This document shows positions 34,350-46,420 of a DNA stretch of 47,811 nucleotides, piece by piece. Location: contig NC_057750.1 in the NCBI RefSeq assembly GCF_004010195.1, positions 19,260,229 to 19,308,039 of the forward strand, written 5' to 3'. Under the pieces are notes generated by a model. It saw only the letters and a program-made list of their open reading frames with translations, did no database searches and was not told where the DNA came from. The number at the start of each line of letters is the position of its first letter. Position 1 is the stretch's first letter. The translations under genes and the position numbers were made by a program. This stretch comes from Chiloscyllium plagiosum. Lineage: Eukaryota.

Positions 34350-35270
34350 TGTGGGGAGGTGGAAGAGAAGACTCTCTGGGCATCGTGGAGACATGGCTGC
34401 AAGGGGATCGCGATTGGGAGCTGAATACTCAAGGATAGACATCCTACTGAAAAGACAGGCAGGTGAGCAGAGGGGGTGGGGTTGCCTTATGAGTAAGAAA
34501 TGAAATTAAATCAATAGTAAGAAACAAAGTCGGGTCAGATGGTGTAGAATCTGTGTGGGTAGATTTGAGGAACCATAAAGATGAAAAAAAACATAGTTGG
34601 AGTGTTTACAGGCTTTCAAACTGTAGCTGGGTTGCAAGATACACCAGGAGATAGAAAGGATGTGTAGGGAAGGCAAAGATACAGTGAGCATTGAGGATTT
34701 CCATATGCAGGTAGACTGCAAAAATCAGGTTGGTAGGGGATTGCAAGAAAAGGAATTTGTGGAATGTCTGCGAGGTGGCTTTTTGGAGCAGCTTGTGGTG
34801 GAGCCCTCGAGGGACCGGGCAATACTAGATTTAGTGTTGTGCAATGAGGCAGACTTGACAAAGGAGCTTAAGGTGAAGGAACCCTTAGGAGGTAGTGATA
34901 ATAATATGATCAAATTTACTCTGCAATTTGAGAGGGAGAAGATAGAATCAGAGGTAACAGTATCATAGCTGAATAAAGGCAACTACAGAGGCATGAGGGA
35001 GGAGCTGGGTAGAATTGACTGGGAGAGGAGCCCAGCAGGAAAGACTGGAACAAGAATGGCAGGGGTTTCTGAGAGTAATTCAGGAGACACAGCAGAGATT
35101 CATTCTGAGGAAAAAAGAAACATGGTACAGGGAGGATGAGGTAACCACGGCTGACTAGGGAAGTCAGGCATAGCATAAAAGCAAAAGAGAAAGCATACAA
35201 TGTGGCAAAGGGCAGAGGATTGGGAAGTTTACAAGGCCAACAGAGGGCAACAAAAAAAAGAAATAAGTCA
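34350..35270 (+). mobile_element. CR1 endonuclease-domain fragment flanked by reverse CR1 3' pieces (34150-34350, 35300-35457)
   Basis: ORF 34660..34968 DFHM.VD...EFVECLR.GFLEQLV.EP.R.RAILDLVLCNE...EPLGGSDNNMI.F. Confidence 0.88.
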
Positions 35271-35457
35271 TTTGGAAATAATAACAAAAATTGTGGTCCC
35301 AGCACTTTGAGGAAAGACCTTTTAGCCTCCCAACCTTTAGTCTGAAAACAACCATTTCTCACAATTTCCCCTCTCATCCTAAACCTATTCCTTCTAGTTC
35401 TGGATTCCCCCAACCCAGGGAATAAAAAACCTTGACTACCTACCTCCGCCATGATTT

Positions 35458-35957
35458 NNNNNNNNNNNNNNNNNNNNNNNNNNNNNNNNNNNNNNNNNNN
35501 NNNNNNNNNNNNNNNNNNNNNNNNNNNNNNNNNNNNNNNNNNNNNNNNNNNNNNNNNNNNNNNNNNNNNNNNNNNNNNNNNNNNNNNNNNNNNNNNNNNN
35601 NNNNNNNNNNNNNNNNNNNNNNNNNNNNNNNNNNNNNNNNNNNNNNNNNNNNNNNNNNNNNNNNNNNNNNNNNNNNNNNNNNNNNNNNNNNNNNNNNNNN
35701 NNNNNNNNNNNNNNNNNNNNNNNNNNNNNNNNNNNNNNNNNNNNNNNNNNNNNNNNNNNNNNNNNNNNNNNNNNNNNNNNNNNNNNNNNNNNNNNNNNNN
35801 NNNNNNNNNNNNNNNNNNNNNNNNNNNNNNNNNNNNNNNNNNNNNNNNNNNNNNNNNNNNNNNNNNNNNNNNNNNNNNNNNNNNNNNNNNNNNNNNNNNN
35901 NNNNNNNNNNNNNNNNNNNNNNNNNNNNNNNNNNNNNNNNNNNNNNNNNNNNNNNNN
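35458..35957. other. Assembly gap (500 N)
   Basis: Run of exactly 500 N. Confidence 0.99.
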
Positions 35958-36680
35958 CCCACCCAGACTGGGCTAAATCCCACCCGCACTGGGCTAAATC
36001 CCACCTGTACTGGGCTAAATCCCACCTGCACTGGGCTAAATCCCACACGCACTGGGCTAAATTCCACACGCACTGGGCTAAATCCCACCTGCACTGGGCT
36101 CAATCCCGCCTGTACTGGACTAAATCACACCCGCTCTGGGCTAAATCCCACCCGCACTGAGCTAAATCCCACCCGCACTGGGCTAAATCCCACCCAAACT
36201 GAGCTAAATCCCACCCAGACTGAGCTAAATGCCACCCAGATTGGGCTAAATCCCACCTGCACTGGGCTAAATTTCCCCCACACTGGGCTAAATCCCACCC
36301 AGACTGGACTAAGTTCCACTCGCTCTGGGCTAAATCCCACCCAGACTGGGCTAAGTCCCATCCGCACTGGGCTAAATCCCACCCAGACTGAGCTAAATCC
36401 CGCCCAGACTGGGCTAAGTCCCACTCGCTCTGGGCTAAATCCCACCCGCAATGGGCTAAATCCCACCCAGACTGGGCCAAATCCCATCCGCACTGGGCTA
36501 AATCCCACCCAGACTGATCAATATCCCACTCAGATTGGGCTAAATCCCATCCGCACTGGGCTAAATCCCACCCAGACCGATCAATATCCCACTCAGATTG
36601 GGCTAAATCCCATCCGCACCGGGCTAAATCCCACCCAGACTGATCAATATCCCACCCGCACTGGGCTAAATCCCACCTGG
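35958..36680. repeat. 21-bp minisatellite, 34 full units plus a partial unit, consensus CCCACCC(GC/AG)ACTGGGCTAAAT
   Basis: Strict 21-bp periodicity with substitutions but no indels; runs into the gap, so the true length is unknown. Confidence 0.97.
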
Positions 36681-37264
36681 ACTTGCCGTTAGCCACCATC
36701 TTTGTGTAAAACCTGTGGATGATGCATTCTGGTCTGACTTGTCTCGTATACCCCTGAACAGTGCTCCATATGTTAATTTCCAAATGTTCCCATAATCTTA
36801 CTGTTCTTTCCCTCTGGGAGTTGAAAAATAGGGTGTGGTGCATTGGGCAATGTTTGAGACTCAAGGTAAGGGTGATGGGATGAGATATTTGATGATGTAT
36901 CAGCTGACCTTGAGGTCACTGAATTTCTTCCAGGTCCGTGGGCCTTACTCCTGACATTGGCCTCCACTGTCCTTTGACCATGTACCTGGAAGGCCATCTG
37001 CACCTTTGCAGATACAAGGCATCCTTTCTATTATCTAGCTCCTCCTCTGAGACCTCCAGTGCTGTGTCTATAAACTGCAGAGACACAGTCTCCCATATTG
37101 TACATTCCAGCCTCTGCAGTAGTTTGCTCCTACATTCTCCTACCCTTCACTGTTTCCCAGGTCCAATTCCCTTCCTGCACAGTGACAGCACCTGCCCCAG
37201 GACCAATCTACCCACCTTTCAATTTGTGCAAATTAGCTTTAAACACAACAGACTAGCTTTATAT

Positions 37265-37370
37265 GAAACAAAAACAGAAATTGCTGAGAAACTCAGCAGG
37301 TCTGGCAGCAGCTGTGGAGAGAGAAAGCAGAGTTAATGCTCTGATTCCTGTGGGTCTTTTTCAGAACTGT
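37265..37370 (-). mobile_element. Old PLE pLTR fragment
   Basis: AAACAGAAATTGCTGAGAAACTCAGCAGGTCTGGCAGCAGCTGTGGAGAGAAAGCAGAGTTAA resembles the other pLTR pieces; hammerhead core decayed. Confidence 0.6.
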
Positions 37371-37402
37371 TTTGTTTTAGTGTTTTATTTCATTTTTATA
37401 TG

Positions 37403-37685
37403 AGGCATGGTGTCTCAGTGGTTAGCACTGCTACTTCACAGCATTGGAGACCTGGGTTCGATCCCACCCTCGGGTGACTGTCTGTGTGGAGTTTGCACAT
37501 TCCCTCCATGTCTGTGTGGGTTTTCTCTGAGTGCTCTAGTTTCCTCCCACAGTCCAAAGATGTGCAGGTTATGTGATTTGGGCATGGGAAATGCACCGAG
37601 GGGTGGGTCTGGGCGAGATTCTCTTTGGACGGTCAATGCGGACTTGGGCTGAATGGCCTATTTTCACAGTGTAGGGATTCTGTGA
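37403..37685 (+). mobile_element. HE1-type V-SINE
   Basis: GGCATGGTGTCTCAGTGGTTAGCACTGC...GGGTTCGATCCC, V core, tail GTAGGGATTCTGTGAT. Confidence 0.92.
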
Positions 37686-37916
37686 TGTTTGTAAGTTAGC
37701 ATTTGTTGATCCCCTGAAGCCAATGAAGAGCCCGGTTAGTACTGGATTCAGATCGCAATCCGCAAGCAGTGCGATATTGGTAAGGAGAGGGTTCATAATA
37801 TATTAGCGCTGTTTCTGAGTTTGTGTTCTAAAGTGGAAGAAGAATATACAACTTTAAGTGGATTTTTTGTAATAAGAAGGAAATATCTGGTTTTTAGTTT
37901 CATTTTGGATTTATCA

Positions 37917-39769
37917 TGTTCGTGACGTTGGGGTGCCTGGGCATTTGCTGTGATTACATGCATTTAGATTAAGCCTTAAGGTTAACAATTCAGTGCATTA
38001 GAAAACAAAGGGGAAGAAGCAAAAGCGAGAGTAATGTCCCAAAAGCAGACCAGTCTCCAAGTAGTCTGGGCTGAAAGGAAGTCCTGAGCAGCTTAAAAGT
38101 CAATAAGAGAAAGTCTCCAGAAAGCTATCCAAATGTCAGAGAAAAAGACATCACTCACATTTGTTGAAGGCATGTCTTTAAGGAGCACCAGATAATCAAT
38201 AAGTGAGCTGAGTTAGCAGCTTGTTTAAGGGTCTCAAAAAGAAATACTAATGAAAGAAAATAGCACTGAGTGAATGAACAGAATTTCCTGAAAAGGAAAC
38301 TGAGTCAGATGAATCATCTGAGAAAGATGTAATGTAGAGATCAGGTGACATTCCACAGAAGTTTAAGTGTTTGTAAAGTTGTTGTTATGGGATAAACGGG
38401 AGAAAGTTTCTTTTGCTGATATTTGTAGTTAGACTATTTCGAACAGTTCTTGTATTGTGTACCACATTTTGAGATTTTAGTTTGTGTGGTAAACTTTTTT
38501 TTGTTAAAAGACAATCTGCAGCCTTTTGTGAATATGTTCAGTGGTTAATCACCACAGTAAAAAAGCAAAGTTAAAACTTAAGTTCAATTAAGTCAGGGAT
38601 CTGTCCTGTCCAGTGTTACCACCAGTTTTGAGAAGATTTGTAGCTCAGATTGAGGTTCTGGATGTAGGTTTGCATGCTGAGCTGGAAGGTTCATTTCCAG
38701 ATGTTTCATCATCACACTAGGTAACATCTTCAGTGGGTCTCCGGGCGAAGCACTGTTGATAATTCCTGCTTTCTATTTATATGTTTGGGTTTCTTTGGGT
38801 TGGCGATGTCATTTCCTGTGGTGATATCATTTCCTGTAGCAATATTATTTCCTGTTCTTTCTCAGGGGGTGATAGATGGGGCCTAACTCAATGTGTTTGT
38901 TGATAGAGTTCCGGTTCGAATGCCATGCTTCTCGGAATTCTCGTGCATATCTTTGTTTGGCTTGTCCTAGGATGGATGTGTTGTCCCAGTCGAAGTGGTG
39001 TCCTTCCTCCTCTGTATGTGAGGATACTAGTGAGAGAGGGTCATGTCATTTTGTGGCTAATTAATGTTCATGTATCCTGGTGGCGGCTCGTTCTGTGCCT
39101 GTATGTCCAATGTAGTGTTTGTTACAGTCCTTGCACGGTATTTTGTAAATGACATTAGTTTTGCTCATTGTCTGCATGGGGCCTTTCAAGTTCATTAGCT
39201 GCTGTTTTAGTGTGTTGGTGGGTTTGTGGGCTACCATGATGCCAAGGGGTCTGAGTAGTCTGGCAGTCATTTCCGAGATATCTTTGATGTAGGGGAGAGT
39301 GGCTAGGGTTTCTGGATGCATTATGGCTGCTTGTTTGGATTTGTTGCTGAGAAATCTGTGGACTGTGTTCATTGGGTACCCATTCTTTTTGAATACACTG
39401 TATCGGTGATTTTCCTCCCCTCTTCGTAATTCCTCTGTGCTGATGCAACTTAGTTTGTGGGTGTTGGGATGATTGCTTCTGTAATTCAGTATTTGGTCTG
39501 TATGTGTTGTCTTCCTGTAGATGCTGGTTTGAAGTTCCCCATTGCCTGTACGCTCTACTGCGACATCTAGGACTGGCAGTTTGTTGTTTTCCTCCTCTTT
39601 AGTGAATTTTATGCCAGTAAGGATATTATTGATAGAAAGCAGGAATTATCAACTGTGCTTTGCCCAGAGAACCACTGAAGATGTTATCTAGTATGGTGAA
39701 GAGACGTCTGGAAATGCACCTTCCAGCTTAGCGAGCAAACCTACAGACCAGCTGGAATCCTATATTACA
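37917..39769 (+). mobile_element. LTR-like element whose 3' end is split by the PLE at 38626-39746
   Basis: Non-coding; ...CCAGTGTTACCACCAG | CTGGAATCCTATA rejoins across the PLE; related to 29393-29810. Termini uncertain. Confidence 0.45.
38626..39746 (-). mobile_element. Penelope/Poseidon-type PLE, 5'-truncated, with an inverted pLTR at its 5' end
   Basis: ORF 39061..39372 ATLPYIKDISE.TARLL...NVIYKIPCKDCNKHYIG.T (GIY-YIG) plus RT C-terminal remnant. 39632-39745 is the reverse complement of about 38662-38775. ACCAG duplicated at 38621-38625 and 39747-39751. Same family as 21278-21650. Confidence 0.92.
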
Positions 39770-40686
39770 AATTAACACACTGTTTCATTATGCTTCCGAA
39801 GTCCACTGCCATTTTCAAGCATTATCAAGTTAAGCACATGTTGCTTTTCCACAGATTTCTTCACTCACTTACCAATGTTAAACTCGAACCATCAAGGACT
39901 AGGTTGCAGTAGATCAGGAAGAATGAACTCTTTCAGTGATCTTTCCTCATCCCACTAACTTTAAACAACTTCTGAAATTAATTAATAGAAGTGGAATGTA
40001 ACACTCCTTCTCAGCTCCTCCGAGTTCAACAATTTGCATTTATACAGCTCCTGTGCTGGGGTTCTCGTGAGACTGCCCCAATATTTGAGCCAGGAGACCC
40101 AGGTTCAAGTGAACACTAACATCTCTAAGCAAGTTGATGGGCAAGTATTTACAATGCCTGTACTGGAAGGAAATATCTCAAGATTCTTAAAATCCCACAG
40201 AACTTTTGATGAGGGCAGAGCAGTAGATGTGGTCTATATGGACTTCAGTAAGGTGTTCGACAAGGTTCCCCATGGGAGACTGGTTAGCAAGGTTAGATCT
40301 CATGGAATACAGTGAGAACTAGCCATTTGGATACAGAACTGGCTCAAAGGTAGAAGACAGAGGGTGGTGGTGGAGGGTTGTTTTTCAGACTGGAAGCCTG
40401 TGACCAGTGGAGTGCCACAACGATCGGTGCTGGGCCCTCTACTTTTTGTCATTTACATAAATGATTTGGAGGCGAGCATAAGAGGGACAGTTAGTAAGTT
40501 TGCAGATGACACCAAAATTGGAGGTGTAGTGGATAGCGAAGAGGGTTATCTCAGATTACAACAGGATCTTGACCAGATGGGACAATGGGCTGAGAAGTGG
40601 CAGATGGAGATTAATTCGGATAAATGTGAGGTGCTGCATTTTGGGAAAGCAAATCTTAGCAGGACTTATACACTTAATGGTAAGGG

Positions 40687-40965
40687 TTCTGGATCAGTGG
40701 TGCTGGAATAGCACAGCAGTTCAGGCAGCATCCAACGAGCAGCGAAATCGACGTTTCAGGCAAAAGCCCTTCATCAGGAATAAAGGCAGTGAGCTGGAAG
40801 CGTGGAGAGATAAGCTAGGGGAGGGTGGGGGTGGAGAGAGAGTAGCATAGAGTCACGACATGGTTGAAGAGCTTCAGAGCAGAGGAAATGACCAGGGAGT
40901 TGCAGTGGGAGAGGGACTCCCTGAGATTCTTGTAGAGAGAGGAGGAAAACTTCTTCAAGGCAGGT
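40687..40965 (-). mobile_element. Internally deleted PLE derivative running into the gap
   Basis: pLTR GTGCTGGAATAGCACAGCAGTTCAGGCAGCATCC with hammerhead, joined to the N-terminal piece PALKKFSSSLYKNLRESLSHCNS.VISSALKLF, homologous to 11600-11742. Confidence 0.85.
40746..40781 (-). ncRNA. Minimal hammerhead ribozyme motif (near intact)
   Basis: AUUC-CUGAUGA-A-GGGC-UUUU-GCCU-GAAAC-GUC-GAUU; one G-U pair in stem II and one U-U mismatch in stem I. Confidence 0.75.
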
Positions 40966-41447
40966 NNNNNNNNNNNNNNNNNNNNNNNNNNNNNNNNNNN
41001 NNNNNNNNNNNNNNNNNNNNNNNNNNNNNNNNNNNNNNNNNNNNNNNNNNNNNNNNNNNNNNNNNNNNNNNNNNNNNNNNNNNNNNNNNNNNNNNNNNNN
41101 NNNNNNNNNNNNNNNNNNNNNNNNNNNNNNNNNNNNNNNNNNNNNNNNNNNNNNNNNNNNNNNNNNNNNNNNNNNNNNNNNNNNNNNNNNNNNNNNNNNN
41201 NNNNNNNNNNNNNNNNNNNNNNNNNNNNNNNNNNNNNNNNNNNNNNNNNNNNNNNNNNNNNNNNNNNNNNNNNNNNNNNNNNNNNNNNNNNNNNNNNNNN
41301 NNNNNNNNNNNNNNNNNNNNNNNNNNNNNNNNNNNNNNNNNNNNNNNNNNNNNNNNNNNNNNNNNNNNNNNNNNNNNNNNNNNNNNNNNNNNNNNNNNNN
41401 NNNNNNNNNNNNNNNNNNNNNNNNNNNNNNNNNNNNNNNNNNNNNNN
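40966..41447. other. Assembly gap (482 N)
   Basis: Run of N; CR1 sequence is colinear on both sides. Confidence 0.99.
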
Positions 41448-42532
41448 GGTAACCTTATAGAGGTTTATAAAATCATGAGGGGCATGGATAGGATAAATAG
41501 ACAAAGTCTTTTCCCTGAGGTTAGGGAGTCCAGAACTAGAGGGCATGGGTTTAGAGTGAGAGGGGAAAGATATAAAAGAGACCTAAGGGGCAACTTTTTC
41601 ACACAGAGGGTGGTGCGTGTATGGAATGAGCTGCCAGAGGATGTGGTGGAGGCTGGTACAATTGCAACATTTAAAAGGCATCTGGATGGGTATATGAATA
41701 GGGAGGGTTTGGAGGGATATGGGCCGGGCGCTGGCAGGTGGGACTAGATTGGGTTGGGATATCTGGTCGGCATGGACGCGTTGGACCGAAGGGTCTGTTT
41801 CCATGCTATACATCTCTATGAGTCTATGGCTCTATAACTGCTCAGGGAGATATTTGAGCAGGTGACCAAAAGCATAATCAAATAGCGGGTTTAATGGGCA
41901 TCTTGAAAGGGAACGTGAGTTATGGAGGTTAAGGAAGGGATTTCGAAAGCATTAGCTGTTACATTTCCTTCAATTCATTAGTGATTGCATTTTAAACATC
42001 CCTCTCTCGATAATACAACACTTTTTTGATGTCAAATGAGGAGTGTCAAAGCTGCAATGGGAATATAAATGATTTCATTGTTTCTGTAATTCTTTTTTAT
42101 TTCAGATTTTTTTGCTGTCTTATTCCTAAATTGCCTTTGTCCTTTCCTTCTTTGAGAGAGGTGAGCCCATTGTCATATTGTTACTGTGAATTCAGCTGCT
42201 CAATCAAGACCCGAATGGTATCAGGTGACAGCTGGAACTGTCTTTGTTCATTTGCTTCTGTGTGGATGGAAATGAACAGAGCTATTCTCTCCGTGCCTGC
42301 GATTAGTGTGAGAGCTCTCTCTGACATGTCAGAGAGCAGCCATGCTCAGAATATAGCCACCTCGATCCATCAAACCAGCACAATATTACTGGTTCAGGTA
42401 GTTAGTCAGATATAAAAAAGCAAGCAATAGACTTTGATTTTTACAATGTGATTAAAAATGATGTTTTACGATTATATTGCTGGAGAAAAACTAACACATT
42501 TTCTCATAAATTTCTAACTTTGCAAAGTTGTA

Positions 42533-43810
42533 AGTCATAGAGCTCTACAGCACGGCAACTGGCCCTTCGATCCAACTCATCCATGCCGACCAGATATCCT
42601 AAACTAATCTAGTTCCATTTGCCAGCACTTAGCCCATATCCCTCTAAACCCTTCCAAATCATATACCCATCCAGATGCCTTTTAAATGTTGGAATTGTAC
42701 CAGCCTCCACCACTTCCTCTGTCGGCTCATTCCATTCATGCACCACCCTCTGGGTAAAATGGTTGCCTGTTAGGTCCCTTTTATATCTTTCCCTTCTAAA
42801 CCTAAACCTATGCCCACTAGTTCTGGATTCCCCCTTCCCAGGAAAGAGACTTTGTCTATTTATCCTATCCATGCCCCTCATGATTTTATAAACGTCATAA
42901 AGTCACCCCTCAGCCTCTGACGCTCCAGGGAAAACAGCCTTAGCCTGTTCAGTCTCTCCCTATAGCTCAGATCCTCCAACCCTGGCAACATCCTTGTAAA
43001 TCTTTTCTGAACCCTTTCAAGTTTCACAACATCTTTCCGATAGAAAGGAGAACAGAATTAAATGCAATATTCCAACAGTGGCCTACCAATGTCCTGTATA
43101 GCTGCAACATGATCTCCCAACTCCTGTACTCAATACTCTGACCAATAAAGGAAAGCATACCAAACACCTTCTTCACTATCCTATCTACCTGCGACTCCAC
43201 TTTCAAGGAGGTATGAACCTGCACTCCAAGGTCTCTTTGTTCAGCAACACTCCCTAGGACCTTACCATTAAGTGTATAAGTCCTGCTAAGATGTGCTTTC
43301 CCAAAATGCAGCACCTCACATTTGTCTAAATTAAACTCCATCTGCCACTTCTCAGCCCATTGGCTCTTCTGAGCAAGGTCCTGTTGTAATCTGAGGTGAC
43401 CTTCTTCACTGTCTACTACACCTCCAATTTTGGTGTCATCTGCAAACTTACTGACTATACCTCTTATGCTCACATCCAAATCATTTCTATAAATGATGAA
43501 AATTAGAGGACCCAGCACCGATCCTTGTGGCACTCCACTGGTCACAGGCCTCCAGTCTGAAAAACAACCCTCCACCATTACCCTCTATCTTCTATCTTTC
43601 GGATAGTTTTGTATCCAAATGGTTAGTTCTCCCTCTATTCCATAAGGGCTAACATTGCTAATCAGTTTCCGATGGGGAAACTTATCGAAGGTCTTACTGA
43701 AGTCTATATACATCATGTCCACCACTCTGCCCTCATCAATCCTCTTTGTTACTTCTTCAAAAAATTCAATCAAGTTTGTGAGACATGATTTCCCACGCAT
43801 AAAGCCATGT
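42533..43810 (-). mobile_element. HER1-like CR1 LINE, 5'-truncated
   Basis: ORFs 43585..43800, 43024..43578 (SGVPQGSVLGPL...SKFADDTKIGG...RDLGVQVH) and 42609..42881; CR1 3' UTR. Confidence 0.95.
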
Positions 43811-44280
43811 AGTCCAGAGAAGATTCACTAAGAGGGATTTTCTTATCGTCTCAGGTTGGGTAGATTGTATCTTTTCTCTTTGGGATATAGAAGAATGGGA
43901 CGGTAACCTTATTGAATCATTCAAGATTCTTAGGAGACTTGACAGGGAGATGTAGCCTGGATGTTTGCCTTTGTGGGAGAGTCTTGGGTAATCTCAGAAA
44001 ATTGGGTCACCTATTTAAGATGAGGAGTAATTTCTTCTTCCAGAAGATTGTGAATCTATGGAATACTTTATCCCAGAGGGCTGTAGAGGCTCAGTCATTA
44101 AGTGTGTTCAAGGCTGCAATCGATAGATGTTTTTAAACAGGAACAGACTCAATGGTTTATGGGGAAAACAGGAAAGTGGAGTTGAGGATTGTCAAATCAG
44201 CCACAATCTCACTGAATGACAGCTCATTCAATGGTCCGAATTGCCTAATTCTGCTCTTACATCAAGTGGTTTTATGGTCT
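43810..44280 (+). mobile_element. Older CR1 3' fragment
   Basis: MRSNFFFQKIVNLWN.L.QRAVEA.SLSVFKA.IDR. Confidence 0.85.
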
Positions 44281-44624
44281 TAATCCTACATTGGCTCCTG
44301 GGTGTTGAGTTTTGGTTTCTAGATCTGCTCTGACTCTGGTCCAGCTGGCATGGTGACAGAGTGATGCATGAAAAATGGATGCACATTTTCAATGTGATTG
44401 GACAGCAGTCACTCCTAACTGTGTTACACTTCACTGGGGTATTGCGCTGGAAATCTAGCCCTTCTATTCCCAGGGTAAAAAGAAATGTTAAAGATTTTAA
44501 AAACTTTGCAAAAATCCCCAATTTATCTGTACTTTAGAGCCATATTAAGAGAAAAAAAAACTATTGAGGTTTTTTGTAATTACCAAGAATTATGATTTGT
44601 TACAAGTAATTAGAGAGAATAACG

Positions 44625-44995
44625 TTGAGAGCTGACTTAATTGAGACACGTCAGATAATCAGAGGGTTAGACAGAGTTCCAGTGAGAGCCTTTTTCCTCA
44701 AATAGTGATGGCGAGCACGAGGGGACATAGCTTTAAATTGAGGGGTGATAGATCTAGGACAGATGTCAGAGGTAGTTTCTTTACTCAGAGAGTAGTAGGG
44801 ACGTGGAACGCACTGCCTACAGCAGTCATAGACTCACAAACTTTAAGGCCATTTAAATGGTCATTGAATAAACATATGGACGATAATGGAATAGTGTAGG
44901 TTAGATGGGCTTCAGATTGGTTTCACAGGTTGGTGTAACATCGAGGGCTGAAGGGCCTGTACTGTACTGTAATGTTCCATGTTCTATGTTCTATT
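44625..44995 (+). mobile_element. CR1 3' end (family of 27690-28772)
   Basis: ASTRGHSFKLRGDR.RTDVRGSFFTQRVVG.WNALP; tail tgttccatgttctatgttcta. Confidence 0.92.
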
Positions 44996-45088
44996 TTGCC
45001 TACAGGTAGACAATTATGAGCCATTATCATATAACTCGACTCGTTAAAACTCTAACTCCTCATAAAGCACAGCCTACACACACAAGGG

Positions 45089-45900
45089 TGTTATGGATGG
45101 TGGGAAAGACCAGGAGGGCAGATCAATGATTCCTCTTCACTGGGTTCACTGAGACGATTCTGCTGGTTCACTGCTCCTTGATCGTCCTTTTCCACATCTG
45201 TTCACTCACTTATAGGAGGGACAGGGTAGCTGGTTCACACTGATAACAGTGGACATGATTTTAAGATGAAAGGCAGGAGGTTGAGAGGGGATTTGAGGAA
45301 ATGTCTTTTTACCCAGAGGGTGGTGGGATTTGGAATGCACTATCTGGAAGGGTGGTTGAGGCGGGAAACCCCACAGCCTTTGAAAAAGTACTCAGATGGG
45401 CCCCTGAAATGTCATAACATTTAAGAGTATGGTAAGAAAATGGAACTTGCATAGATTCGGTGCACTTTTGGCAGGAGAGACGTGATTGGCTCAAGGGCGT
45501 CTTCTGTATTATTCAATAAAATCTCTGACTTATTGGTTAAAAGACACAGGGGAAATAAACCAGTTCTCCAGAGGTATGATGGTTTGTCTTTTACAGCAGG
45601 AAAAAGGATAGCAAACTCCTTCCCAGAGGTCTGATGGCTTCTGACAAAACATTCACATCCACAAGCTGTTCAGCTCTCTGAGAACCAATCATATTCATTG
45701 TTAGCAGGCAGAAGGCCATTGTCATCAATAACTGGTCACCAGTCCACAGACCAATCACCTACTTGTTCATGATCTCTTTTTGTACACAGCCCCCACATTC
45801 CATCTCTTTTGCAACTAATCTGCTCCCACTGCTTGCACATGCAGCTGTGTAAACAATACTTGCAATGAGATTGGATAAGCAGGCTTTAAAACATGTCGTG
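45089..45900. mobile_element. Probable LTR-like sequence containing a CR1 3' fragment (45250-45510)
   Basis: Starts TGTTATGG; internal duplicated (TT)C.CCAGAGGT.TGATGG motif; the CR1 piece encodes FTQRVVGFGMHYLE / WNAL.G.VVEA remnants. Boundaries uncertain. Confidence 0.4.
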
Positions 45901-46059
45901 CTCCCTCTATAATCCTTGCTTTTTAAAACAGTCTTTTTCTCATTGCAATCCAAATGAAAAATAAAAGCATGCAGTCTTCTTACGCATCATGGAGAAATGT
46001 GTAACAGGTTGGTGGGTGAGAGCTGCTTGTTGTTTTGCTTCTTCTGTCATCTGCAGGGT

Positions 46060-46420
46060 GCTCAGCCAGGCCGATAGATCATTCACAATTTGGCCAGCTC
46101 GCTCAGTCATGGTGCTGCTCTGCGAGTCTCAGTGATTTACATTGAAGACACCACCCAGAGTACATTCTGTGCACCCATCACTCTCAGTTTGCTTCCCCAG
46201 TTGCTGCTGAGCGTGGAGAGACACTGATTCACCAGCCAAGGGGAGAGGGACATGATTATCAGCAGGACGTTTCCTTGCCCATGTTGGACCTTGTGCCATT
46301 TCATTGGGAGTCAATGTTAGGAACTCCAAATCTAACTTGCTCCTGACTGTACACCACAGTGTTGCCACCTGTGGGGGGACAGGACATCGTCTGTGATGGT
46401 GATGGGGAGATCTGGAAAAG
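46060..46420 (-). mobile_element. Decayed LINE endonuclease-region fragment
   Basis: Minus-strand LGGVFNVNH (GDFN.H-like) and H...WARK remnants in ORF 46129..46611. Confidence 0.55.

Larger units (their letters stand above)
40205..41835 (+). mobile_element. HER1-like CR1 LINE (RT to 3' tail), interrupted by a PLE and a gap
   Basis: DEGRAVDVVYMDFSKVFDKVPH, SGVPQ.SVLGPLLFVIYINDL, SKFADDTKIGG; 3' part LIEVYKIMRG...TFKRHLDGYM; tail CTCTATGAGTCTATGGCTCTAT. Confidence 0.93.

Noticed and set aside
35958..36680. CRISPR-like array
   Set aside because: Head-to-tail 21-bp units with no unique spacers, no cas genes, eukaryotic context.
36938..37336. 132-aa Ser-rich ORF
   Set aside because: Runs from likely decayed LINE sequence into a PLE fragment; no coding signature.
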